From the NCBI GenBank assembly GCA_019635355.1, contig JAHBZQ010000001.1:4257220-4321219 (forward strand): a stretch of 64,000 bases of DNA. The letters run 5' to 3'. Position 1 is the stretch's first letter. Each line of letters starts with the position of its first letter. This document shows, piece after piece, positions 10,065 to 18,480 of the stretch. The stretch is from Rhizobacter sp. Its GTDB lineage: Bacteria > Pseudomonadota > Gammaproteobacteria > Burkholderiales > Burkholderiaceae_C. The notes below the pieces were generated by a model. That model was not told the origin of the DNA and made no database searches. It saw nothing but the letters and a program-made list of their open reading frames with translations. The translations under genes were made by a program, and so were the position numbers.

Positions 10065-11354
10065 ATGAGCCTCGACCCCCGCGCGTTCCTCCGCTCGCTC
10101 TTCGACGCGGCCATCGCCGCGGCGCAGCCTGAGCGGGTGATCGCGTCGCACCTGCCGCCACCGCCGAAAGGCCGCACGGTGGTGATCGGGGCGGGCAAGG
10201 CGGGTGGTGCGATGGCCGCGGCGGTCGACGCGCTGTGGCCGGCTGACAAACCCATGTCGGGCCTCGTCGTCACCCGCTACGACCATGTGCCGCCGGCCTA
10301 CAAGGCGCAGCCCGGGCGCATCGAGGTGGTCGAGGCCGCGCACCCGGTGCCCGATGAAGCAGGGGCGCAGGCGGCACGCCGCATCGCCGCGCTCACGCAG
10401 GGTCTCACGGCCGACGACCTGGTGCTGTGCCTCATCTCCGGCGGCGGCTCGGCGCTGCTCAGCATGCCGGCCGAGGGGCTGACGCTCGAAGACAAGCAGC
10501 GCATCAACCAGGCCCTGCTCAAGAGCGGCGCCAACATCACCGAGATGAACTGCGTGCGCAAGCACCTGTCGGCGATCAAGGGCGGGCGCCTCGCCGCCAT
10601 GTGCGCGCCGGCGCAGGTGGTCACGCTGCTCATCTCCGACGTACCCGGCGACGACCCGAGCGTGATCGCGAGTGGCCCCACGGTGGCCGACCCCAGTACC
10701 TGCCGCGAGGCGCTCGGCATCCTGCAGCGATATCGCATTGACGTGCCGCCCGCGGCGGCGGCCGGCCTGCGCACCGGCGCGTTCGAAACCCCCAAGCCCG
10801 GCGATGAGCGGCTCGCGCGCAACACGCTGGCGATGATCGCCACGCCGCAGGCCAGCCTGCACGCCGCGGCGCAGGCTGCCCGCGCGGCCGGCGTTGCCGC
10901 GCATGTGCTGAGCGACGAGATCGAGGGCGAATCGCGCGAGGTCGGCAAGGTGCATGCCGCACTCGCCCGCGCGGTGGCGCGGCGAAACGAGCCCTTCGCC
11001 AAACCCTGCGTCATCCTGAGTGGCGGCGAGACCACCGTCACGGTGAGCAAGAACGCCCGCGGCCGGGGCGGCCGGGCCACCGAGTTCCTGCTCGGCTGCG
11101 CGGTTGCGCTGCAGGGCGAGCCCGGCGTGTGGGTGCTCGCGGGCGACACCGACGGCATCGATGGCGTGGAAAGCAATGCCGGCGCGATCGTCACGCCCGA
11201 CACGCTGGCGCGGGCGATGGCGCTCGGCCGCAAGCCCGACGAATACCTCGCCTCGCACGATGCGTGGAGCTTCTTCTCCGGCCTGGACGACCTGGTGGTG
11301 ACGGGCCCGACCTACACCAACGTCAACGACTTCCGCGCGCTGCTGATCCTCTAG
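10065..11354 (+). CDS. Glycerate 2-kinase (MOFRL/TtuD family)
   Basis: GAGKA, EAAHPVPD, LISGGGSAL, SGGETTV, GGR, DTDGIDG and GPTYTNVNDFR. Confidence 0.92.
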   Translation: MSLDPRAFLRSLFDAAIAAAQPERVIASHLPPPPKGRTVVIGAGKAGGAMAAAVDALWPADKPMSGLVVTRYDHVPPAYKAQPGRIEVVEAAHPVPDEAGAQAARRIAALTQGLTADDLVLCLISGGGSALLSMPAEGLTLEDKQRINQALLKSGANITEMNCVRKHLSAIKGGRLAAMCAPAQVVTLLISDVPGDDPSVIASGPTVADPSTCREALGILQRYRIDVPPAAAAGLRTGAFETPKPGDERLARNTLAMIATPQASLHAAAQAARAAGVAAHVLSDEIEGESREVGKVHAALARAVARRNEPFAKPCVILSGGETTVTVSKNARGRGGRATEFLLGCAVALQGEPGVWVLAGDTDGIDGVESNAGAIVTPDTLARAMALGRKPDEYLASHDAWSFFSGLDDLVVTGPTYTNVNDFRALLIL

Positions 11355-11651
11355 TCGGCGCGTGTTTGCAATCGGTCACAAAACCGTTGTGCGCATGTCG
11401 ATCTCAGTGAACCCAGGCCGCGTTGCGCACTCCATAGCGGGTAGGGTCTTGTGATCGTTGCCCGTGGCTGCCTCGTGGAATGAGTGTGGTCACTAGCGTT
11501 GGTCTCGCCGGTGTCGCGTGCGGCAAACGGCGTGCGCAGGCAATGACCCACACATGGCAGGGCATTTGATCGGATCGGTGCTGCCAAGGGCTGCGGCCCT
11601 CCCTACACTAGCCAGCGCAGGGAGGTTCACCTAAGAAGCATTTGGAACCTC

Positions 11652-12197
11652 ATGAAAACCAGAGACGTCGTTATCTTTTCGGGCAAGCGCTTCAAAGTGC
11701 CCCAGGGCATTCAGCGCATCGATCACCGCGCCACCCACGGCTGGCAACTCCGCTACGGCGGCACCAAGCTCTTCTCAGACGGCACCACCGATGGCAGCGG
11801 CGCTGCGGCATCGCTGAAAGCGGCCACCGAGGAGTTGCTCAAGCGCATTGCCAAGCTGCCCGCCCCGTCGAGGCTGCAACGCAAACCGAGCGAAAACAAG
11901 ACCACCGACCTGCCCGTGGGCATCTCCGGGCCCATCGTGCGGCAACGCCCCGGGGCCAAGGTGCGCGAGTGCAACCTGTCGGTGTCCTTGCCGCGCTACG
12001 GCATGGTGCCGCGTCGCAGCACGATCTACATCGGCAACGAGAACACCTACACCGTGCAGCGGTTCGAAGATGCGTTGGCGCGTGCGATCAAGCTGCGTGA
12101 AGACGCCGAAGCCACGTATCGCCGCGACGCCACGCGGGCCAAGCGGGCCGACGCCCAGCGGTTGGCGGAGAAGCAGCGCCCACGCCGTTCGGCCTGA
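11652..12197 (+). CDS. Hypothetical basic protein with two AP2/integrase-DBD-like repeats
   Basis: GIQRIDHRATHGWQLRY..KLFSDG..GAAASLKAA and LPVGIS...LSVSLP...RSTIYIG...FEDALARAIKLRE each resemble a 3-strand plus helix AP2 fold; good codon usage. Confidence 0.6.
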   Translation: MKTRDVVIFSGKRFKVPQGIQRIDHRATHGWQLRYGGTKLFSDGTTDGSGAAASLKAATEELLKRIAKLPAPSRLQRKPSENKTTDLPVGISGPIVRQRPGAKVRECNLSVSLPRYGMVPRRSTIYIGNENTYTVQRFEDALARAIKLREDAEATYRRDATRAKRADAQRLAEKQRPRRSA

Positions 12198-12213
12198 GCG
12201 AGACCTTCGCAGC

Positions 12214-12870
12214 TCAGCCCGTGCCGGGCTGCTGCGAGTCTTCGAAACTGGCGCGATAGCCACCGAGCGGCGCGTGGTCGCTCAGGCGTGCCTTCATGGA
12301 GTCGATCCAGTCGGGCGGCGTCTGGGGTTCGTCGCGCGCGGCCACCCGCAGCGCCGCGAGGATGCCGGCCGCCGCCAGCAGGTACAGCACCAGCGCGGGC
12401 AGCAGCACCTCGGCCATCGAGCGGCTGTGGTTCCAGCTGCGCGCCACGCCGAGGAAGGCGCAGTACAGCCAGAGTGTGTTCGACAGGGCCACCGGCAGCG
12501 CCACGCTGAGGTGGTCGCGCCACGTCCAGACCGACACACGGTGCGGCCTGGCCAGGCGCGGGAAGGTGATGCGATGCAGCACGAAGGCATTCACGCACAG
12601 CAGCGCCACCAGCAGCATCTTGGCCTGCAGCTTCGGGTTGTCGAAATAGGTGGGTGAGGCCTGGAGGTTCAGCAGGATCGTGCCCGCCCCCGACACGCAC
12701 AGCACGATGAGCGCGATGGCGATCACCTGCCGCTCGAAACGCCGCGGTGGCCGGATGATGCAGCGGTAGCGCGCCATCTTCGCGAGCAGGCGAAGGTCGG
12801 TCGTGAGGATGAGCCCGAGCGCCAGGCAGGTGGCCATCAGGTGTGCATAGCTGAGCAGCAGTTTGTCCAT
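12214..12870 (-). CDS. Hypothetical integral membrane protein (about 5 TM)
   Basis: Start MDKLLLSYAHL at 12870; hydrophobic helices; NPKLQAKMLLVALL..NAFVLH resembles DUF2214-like proteins. Confidence 0.7.
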   Translation of the reverse strand: MDKLLLSYAHLMATCLALGLILTTDLRLLAKMARYRCIIRPPRRFERQVIAIALIVLCVSGAGTILLNLQASPTYFDNPKLQAKMLLVALLCVNAFVLHRITFPRLARPHRVSVWTWRDHLSVALPVALSNTLWLYCAFLGVARSWNHSRSMAEVLLPALVLYLLAAAGILAALRVAARDEPQTPPDWIDSMKARLSDHAPLGGYRASFEDSQQPGTG

Positions 12871-13130
12871 GTGCCTGAAAAGTGCATGCTTGTGCAGATT
12901 GGAGTATCCAGCGCACCGAGCTGGGGGTGGAGAGGGCTTACACGGTCTCTCCGGCGGAACGTCAAGCACATGTCATTCCTCTTGTGGCGGGCTCGCAGTT
13001 CGCATAGAAACGAGCGCTTTCGATAAAAAGCGAAAAGCAGGCAAGCGCGCATCGCGCGCAAATGCTTTCGTTTTGGCTGCGTTCCCACACTCATGCGCCG
13101 CAGAGGCCGTCCACCACAGGAGACATCCCG

Positions 13131-14129
13131 ATGATTCATTCCCGCCGCCACCACCTCATCGCCCTGGCCAGCCTCGGCGCGCTCGGCCTGCCCGGCTGCG
13201 GCACGCTCGGCCCGGCCCCCGCGCCGACCTTCACTTTGCCGATGGCCGATGGCACGCCGCTCTTCGTGCGCCGCTGGCTGGCGGTGAGCGGCACGCCCAA
13301 GGGGGTGGTGCAGGTCATCCACGGTGCGGCCGAGCACAGTGCCCGCTACGACCGCTTCGCGAAGCACCTCAACCGCGAGGGCTGGCTGGTCTACGCCGAC
13401 GACCACCGCGGCCATGCCAACACCCGCGTGCGCACCAAGGCGCTGGGCGACGCCGGCCCCGACGCGTGGAACAAGTTCGTCACCGACGAGAAGGCCCTTA
13501 CCGACCACATCAAGCAGCAGCACCCGGGGCTGAAGGTCTTCCTGCTCGGCCACAGCATGGGCTCGTTCATCGCGCAGGACTACGTGCAGCGCTACGGCAA
13601 CGCCGTGGCCGGCGTGGTGCTCTCGGGCAGCAACGGTGTGCTGGCGAACGCCGACCAGACGGTGGCCGCGGTGCGCGACTTGGCGAAGAAAGACCCGCTC
13701 GGCCCCTCGCCGGTGTTCGCCTCGGTGTTCGAGTCGTTCAACAAGCCCTTCACCGGCAAGGCCGGCTTCGAGTGGCTGAGCCGCGACGCGGCTGAGGTCA
13801 AGAAATACACCGACGACCCGACCTGCGGCTTCCCGTTCAGCAACGAGCTCGTCGCCGACTTCTTCACCGGCCTGCGTGACCTCTGGAACCCGGCCAACGA
13901 AGCGCGCATCCCGAAGGGCATGCCGATCTACGTGGTCTCGGGCGACCAGGACCCGGTCAGCGGCAACACCGCCGGCCTCAAGATCCTCCTGGCCAACTAC
14001 CAGCGCTACGGCCTCACCGACGTGCAGCACAAGTTCTACCCCGGCGCGCGGCACGAGATCCTGAACGAGACCAACCGCGAGGAGGTCGAGCGCGACATCA
14101 TCGCGTGGCTCAACGCCAAACGAGGCTGA
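13131..14129 (+). CDS. Alpha/beta hydrolase (monoacylglycerol lipase/lysophospholipase-like), predicted exported lipoprotein
   Basis: Start MIHSRRHHLIALASLGALGLPGC after a CAGGAG RBS; HGAAEH, DHRGH, GHSMG nucleophile, GDQDPV and ARHEILNE. Confidence 0.9.
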   Translation: MIHSRRHHLIALASLGALGLPGCGTLGPAPAPTFTLPMADGTPLFVRRWLAVSGTPKGVVQVIHGAAEHSARYDRFAKHLNREGWLVYADDHRGHANTRVRTKALGDAGPDAWNKFVTDEKALTDHIKQQHPGLKVFLLGHSMGSFIAQDYVQRYGNAVAGVVLSGSNGVLANADQTVAAVRDLAKKDPLGPSPVFASVFESFNKPFTGKAGFEWLSRDAAEVKKYTDDPTCGFPFSNELVADFFTGLRDLWNPANEARIPKGMPIYVVSGDQDPVSGNTAGLKILLANYQRYGLTDVQHKFYPGARHEILNETNREEVERDIIAWLNAKRG

Positions 14130-14157
14130 GCCGCAAGGCTTGTGTATCGTCGGGCGC

Positions 14158-14622
14158 ATGCAGGAAGACAGACGTTATGCGCCCCCCGCCGCCGCGCTGC
14201 GGGACGAGGAGGCCGAGCGCCTCGTGAGCGAACGCCCGGCGCAGGTGCGCTGGGCTTCGGTGCTGCTGTGGCTGAGCTTCACGCTCGGCTGCGCGCTCTC
14301 GGTCTACGAACTCGGCACGCGGGGCGACCCGTCGGAGCACGCGCCGGTGGTCGACGCGGTGGTGGCCGGCATCACCTTCGGCGCGCTGGCCCTGGGCGCC
14401 TTCCTCAACGTGATGATCTACCGCGGCCACAACTGGGCGCGCATCTTCTACCTCGTGCTCACCCTCGTGTCGCTGGTGCTGCTGCTCGTGCCGGCTGACG
14501 AAGGCGCGGTGCTCACGCTCACCGAGAAGATCGCCTATGCGGTGTCGTCGCTGCTCGACGTCAGCGCGATGGTGCTCGTCTTCACCCGGCCGGGCGCGCT
14601 CTGGTTCAAGCGAAAGCGCTGA
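14158..14622 (+). CDS. Hypothetical 4-TM membrane protein
   Basis: RYAPP N-terminus, four hydrophobic helices, GHNWARI motif. Confidence 0.75.
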   Translation: MQEDRRYAPPAAALRDEEAERLVSERPAQVRWASVLLWLSFTLGCALSVYELGTRGDPSEHAPVVDAVVAGITFGALALGAFLNVMIYRGHNWARIFYLVLTLVSLVLLLVPADEGAVLTLTEKIAYAVSSLLDVSAMVLVFTRPGALWFKRKR

Positions 14623-14632
14623 AAGCGGCGGC

Positions 14633-15769
14633 CTAGAACGGCAGCAGCTTCAGGTTGCCCAGCCGCTCGACCAGCCACACCCCGGCGAGCAGCGCGATGA
14701 GCACCGAGCCGCCGAGGAAGATGAGCCGGCGATAGACCCAATGCCGGCGCAGCGCAAACGCCACCGGCAGGAAGAGCGCCACGATCGCGAGCTGCCCCAC
14801 TTCGACGCCGAGGTTGAAGCCCACGAGGGCGAGCAGCAGCGCGTCGGCCGGCAGGCCGAGGTCCTGCAGCACGCTCGCAAAGCCGAAACCGTGGATGAGC
14901 CCGAAGCAGAAGGCCACCAGCCAGCGCCGGCCTTCGACCACCGGCCGCAGGTTGTTGAGCGCGGCCAGCACCACCGAGGCCGCGATCGCCGACTCGACCC
15001 AGCGCGAGGGCAGCGTGATCCAGCCGAGCGTGGCGAGCGACAGCGTGATCGAGTGCGCCACGGTGAAGGCGGTGACGATCTTGGCCACGTCCCAGAAGGC
15101 GACGCGGAAGCTCTTCGCCGGCTCCCAACGCGGCTTGCGCCACAGCAGCACCGCCGGCAGCAGCAGCGAGACGAGGAAGAGGATGTGGTCGAAGCCGATC
15201 CAGATGTGCCACACGCCTTCGCGTGCGTAGTCGATGAACTGCGACCAGCGGGTGATCTTCGCCAGCTCGAAGGTCTGTTGCGGCGCTTCGGGGCCGAACA
15301 CGGCGCTGCGTGCACCCGCCGCGGTGTGGAGGTTGAGCAGGCCGCGGTGCTGCGGGTCGAGTTCGGCGAAGAGGCGGTAGTCGAGCGTCAGCGTGGTGGG
15401 CGACGCGACCGGGCAGCGGATGGCGAGCTGCAGCACACTGTAGGCGCCGTCGGTGTGGTGGTCGACCAATTGCTCCGGCACGTCGATCTGGCAGGGCTGG
15501 CCATCGGTCTGCAGCTTCAGGCGCGCCAGCGCATAGGCGGCGATCTCGGGGTGCCGGGCACGCGTTTCGCCCCAGGTGATGCGGCCGTCGCCATCGCCAT
15601 CGAGGCCGATCGCGAAATCGAGGTCGCGCAGGGCGATGTCCCATTGGCCGCTGATGCTGCCGGGCTCCGCGCGGATCATGAGGTAGCTGTCGGAAGGCTT
15701 GTGCGCCTGCACGAGACCGGCAGCGGCCAGCAGGAGCAGGGCGCCGAGCCAGCGCAGGAGGTGCCTCAT
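14633..15769 (-). CDS. HupE/UreJ-family membrane protein with N-terminal periplasmic domain
   Basis: Signal peptide ending AQA-HKPSDSYL; HIWIGFDHILF, FTVAHSITL and GLIHGFGFA motifs. Confidence 0.88.
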   Translation of the reverse strand: MRHLLRWLGALLLLAAAGLVQAHKPSDSYLMIRAEPGSISGQWDIALRDLDFAIGLDGDGDGRITWGETRARHPEIAAYALARLKLQTDGQPCQIDVPEQLVDHHTDGAYSVLQLAIRCPVASPTTLTLDYRLFAELDPQHRGLLNLHTAAGARSAVFGPEAPQQTFELAKITRWSQFIDYAREGVWHIWIGFDHILFLVSLLLPAVLLWRKPRWEPAKSFRVAFWDVAKIVTAFTVAHSITLSLATLGWITLPSRWVESAIAASVVLAALNNLRPVVEGRRWLVAFCFGLIHGFGFASVLQDLGLPADALLLALVGFNLGVEVGQLAIVALFLPVAFALRRHWVYRRLIFLGGSVLIALLAGVWLVERLGNLKLLPF

Positions 15770-16962
15770 CGCATGCCCTTCAGCCGTGTGGCCAGCGAGT
15801 GCAGCGCGGCACTTTCGATGTGCGAGCTGGCCATCCACTGCAGCACCGGCTCGGCGGCGGCCGGCTCGCGCGCGGCGATGGCCGCTTCGAGCAGGGCGCG
15901 TGCGTCGGCCGGCTCGCGCTGCACGGCGTAGTTGCGGCGGGCGAGCTCGAGCGCGCGTTTCGCGTCACCAAGCACGGCCAGCACGAAGCGCGACTCTTCC
16001 TTCTCGTGCGTGGCGTCGCCGCGCAGCCGGGCCGCGTCGAAGCGGGCGGCGAGGTCGGCCTGCCACGCCTTGAGCGAGGGGTGTTGCAGCGCCTTGGCCG
16101 CCAGCACCAGGCGCAGCAGGAGCAGGTCGGAGCGGCCCTTGCCGTCGAGCAGGGTCAGCACCTCGGCCGGGCGCTTCTGGTCGAGCAGGAAGTCGGCGTA
16201 GGCGGCGAGCAGGTAGCCGTCGGTGAGCTGCAGCGCGAGCGCGCGGCGGTAGGCTGCTTCGGCTTCGGCGTGGCGCCCGCGGCGTTCCTCGGTTTCGGCC
16301 AGGCGGGTCAGCACCCACAGCTGCTCGTCGGCGGGCGCCGCGGGCTGCGCGGCAAGCGCGTCTTGCAGCGCGCGGGCGGCGGCGTCGGCGCGGCCGCTCA
16401 GCGAGTCGACGCTCGCCTTGCAGGCCACGCCGATCAGCGGGGTGACCAGGGCGGCGGCACGCTCGCACGCTGTGCGCGCCGCCGCGTAGTCGGCCCGCAC
16501 GAGGTGGATGGCGGCCTGCCAGCCCCAGGCCTCGGCGAGGGTGGGGTCTTGGGCCGCGGCGGCCGAGAGGTCGGCCAGGGCGCCGTCGAAGTCGTGGTTG
16601 AACTGCCGCAGCACCGCACGCATCACGCGCACGGCGGGCGGCGGCGCGGGCTCCTTCCACCACGGCGCGAGCGCGGCCTGGGCGTAGCCGATGTAGCGAG
16701 GGTCGCCTTCGGCGGCCACTTCCTCGTAATAGCGGCGGGCGAGGCGCACGGCGAGCTCGGCGTCGGTCGGGTTGCGTGAAAGGCTGGCGCGCAGCTCACG
16801 CATCTCGCGCGCCCGTGGGGCGGTGGTGCGGGTGCTCAGGGTTTCCAGCAGGGTGTCGTCGGAGGCCGGCCGGTAGGGCGCGGCGATGGCCACACTTGCG
16901 CAAACCCCCACGAGAGGCGCCAGGAGCCAGGCAGCATGGCGGGCGGTGTCGATCAGTCGCAT
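15766..16962 (-). CDS. Secreted tetratricopeptide-repeat protein
   Basis: Start MRLIDTARHAAWLL with signal peptide; Ala-rich TPR helices (HDFDGALADLSAA, EAEAAYRRALAL); ATGA-type overlap with the hupE/ureJ-like gene. Confidence 0.85.
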   Translation of the reverse strand: MRLIDTARHAAWLLAPLVGVCASVAIAAPYRPASDDTLLETLSTRTTAPRAREMRELRASLSRNPTDAELAVRLARRYYEEVAAEGDPRYIGYAQAALAPWWKEPAPPPAVRVMRAVLRQFNHDFDGALADLSAAAAQDPTLAEAWGWQAAIHLVRADYAAARTACERAAALVTPLIGVACKASVDSLSGRADAAARALQDALAAQPAAPADEQLWVLTRLAETEERRGRHAEAEAAYRRALALQLTDGYLLAAYADFLLDQKRPAEVLTLLDGKGRSDLLLLRLVLAAKALQHPSLKAWQADLAARFDAARLRGDATHEKEESRFVLAVLGDAKRALELARRNYAVQREPADARALLEAAIAAREPAAAEPVLQWMASSHIESAALHSLATRLKGMR

Positions 16963-17184
16963 GGGGGCCACAGAAGGGAGCGCGGATGGTAGCAACCGCG
17001 TCACGATTGGTCGCAGAATGCGCGCCGGCCCTGTCAACGAAACCAGGCACCTCCCGTTGTGGCAGGTGTCAGCTTCATCCGGTTCATTGGCGTGGGGCTG
17101 ATTCCGACACGGCGAGCCCTGGTCGCAGAGGGCCGTTGCGGAATGGCGAGCCAGTGTTCGTTTCAACCACCCAAGGAAATACCC

Positions 17185-17373
17185 ATGAGCAAGCTTCTCT
17201 CTTCCCTGATCGTCGCCGCTTTTGCCCTGACCGCCGCGGGCGCCCAGGCCGCTTCCCACGCCGGTGCTGCCCCGATGAAGGCCAGCGAAGCCAAGCCCGC
17301 TGCCAGCGGCGCCAAGAAGGCCGAGAAGAAGGCTGAAAAGAAGGCCGAGAAGAAGGAAGAAGCCAAGAAGTAA
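17185..17373 (+). CDS. Small secreted Lys/Ala/Glu-rich low-complexity protein (62 aa)
   Basis: AAGGA RBS; signal peptide MSKLLSSLIVAAFALTAAGAQA; C-terminal KKAE repeats; followed by a terminator. Confidence 0.85.
   Translation: MSKLLSSLIVAAFALTAAGAQAASHAGAAPMKASEAKPAASGAKKAEKKAEKKAEKKEEAKK
17314..17361 (+). repeat. Imperfect 12-bp tandem repeat x4 encoding KKAE/KKEE
   Basis: AAGAAGGCCGAG, AAGAAGGCTGAA, AAGAAGGCCGAG, AAGAAGGAAGAA. Confidence 0.85.
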
Positions 17374-17392
17374 ATCGCTTCGGCTTCAAGCG

Positions 17393-17423
17393 AAAAGGGC
17401 AGGTACCGCACCTGCCCTTTTTT
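17393..17423. terminator. Bidirectional intrinsic terminator
   Basis: AAAAGGGCAGGT-ACCGC-ACCTGCCCTTTT followed by a T-run, between convergent genes. Confidence 0.88.
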
Positions 17424-17453
17424 CTTGTCTAACGAAAAATCGGTGGGGCCTTC

Positions 17454-17849
17454 TCAGGCCTCCCAGCGCCACAGGGCGCGCAGCATGACGCCGATGGGCT
17501 GAGGCTTGGCCGGCATGGGGGCCGGCGCGGCCGGTGGCAACGGGGCGCCGCGGTGGACGAACCAAGCTGCGAAGCGCGCGAGCACCCACGCCATCGCCAC
17601 GAAGAGCCCCATGCCCGCCACCGCAAACATCACCAGCAGCGCGCCGTGCACCCAGTTCTCGCCGAGCGCGCAGAACAGCACCGCCGCCAGCACCGCAATG
17701 CCCGCCGCGCGCCGGCTGCCGCGGGCCTCGAGCATGCCGCCCAGCGCCAGCGCGTAGCAGGCCACGAAGGCCCAGGCGCAGACCATCTGCAAGAGGCTCA
17801 GCTTGTTCAGCGAGACGGTGATGTCATCCATGGGCGAAAGCATAGACAT
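17454..17849 (-). CDS. Hypothetical membrane protein (about 130 aa; start may be 17849, 17843 or 17831)
   Basis: Three or four hydrophobic helices and a Pro-rich tail. Confidence 0.7.
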   Translation of the reverse strand: MSMLSPMDDITVSLNKLSLLQMVCAWAFVACYALALGGMLEARGSRRAAGIAVLAAVLFCALGENWVHGALLVMFAVAGMGLFVAMAWVLARFAAWFVHRGAPLPPAAPAPMPAKPQPIGVMLRALWRWEA

Positions 17850-18052
17850 CTCAGGCGTGTAACGGATGTCAGAAAAAGCCGTGTTGTGCGCTCTTCCACC
17901 GAGATGAGGGAGTGCACATGGGTGCTCTTGTGACAGTCGTGAGAAGGGCTGTCCGCCCTCCGTGCAAAACATCTCGTTCGGCTGGACGCAACGCCCGGCT
18001 TTGGTGCCGGTGCTAGATTGCCGCCCGACTTCAACCACCACGGGAGACACCC

Positions 18053-18472
18053 ATGAGCACCGAGACTTCTACCGCCGTGCGCGCAACCCTGGGCGCGATC
18101 GGCATCGGCGTGCGCGACCTGCAGCGCTCGGCCGATTTCTACCAGCGTGTGCTCGGCATGAAGCAGCTGCAGACCTTCAAGCTGCCCTACATGGACGAGA
18201 TCGTGCTGGGCCTGGAAGGCGGCCGCGGCTCGGCCATCGTGCTCATGCACTGGACCGACGGCTCCGAGCGCCACTACGGCAGCAACGGCATCAAGCTCGT
18301 CTTCTACGTGCCCGACCCCAAGGCCACCGCGCAGCGCTTTCGCGAAGAAGGCCTGGAGGTGGTGCGCGAGCCCGCGCCCGTGCCGGGACTGGGCAATGCG
18401 GTGGTCGGGTTCGCGAAAGACCCCGACGGCCACCTGATCGAGCTGCTGCAGGCCACCGGCCGCCCCGCCTGA
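18053..18472 (+). CDS. VOC/glyoxalase-family protein
   Basis: IGVRDLQRSADFYQRVLGM and FAKDPDGHLIEL; GGGAG RBS. Confidence 0.9.
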   Translation: MSTETSTAVRATLGAIGIGVRDLQRSADFYQRVLGMKQLQTFKLPYMDEIVLGLEGGRGSAIVLMHWTDGSERHYGSNGIKLVFYVPDPKATAQRFREEGLEVVREPAPVPGLGNAVVGFAKDPDGHLIELLQATGRPA

Positions 18473-18480
18473 GCTCGCGC

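Noticed and set aside
11575-11575. TGGCAGGGCATTTGA near 11555-11570 (and TGGCACG on the minus strand near 22350) as possible sigma-54 promoters
   Set aside because: The invariant GC at -12 is not at GG-N10-GC spacing in either case.
11500-11600. GGCAAAC...GGCAA words upstream of the AP2-like gene, reminiscent of a c-di-GMP-I riboswitch
   Set aside because: There is no GNRA-capped P2 stem, tetraloop receptor or P1 pairing. An Infernal/Rfam scan would be decisive.
14633-15769. HupE/UreJ gene as evidence for a hydrogenase or urease cluster
   Set aside because: No hup/hyp/ure structural or maturation genes occur in the window.
17314-17361. Short tandem repeat as a possible CRISPR or contingency locus
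   Set aside because: It is an in-frame 12-bp coding repeat without spacers, and no cas genes are present. No CRISPR array was seen anywhere in the window.
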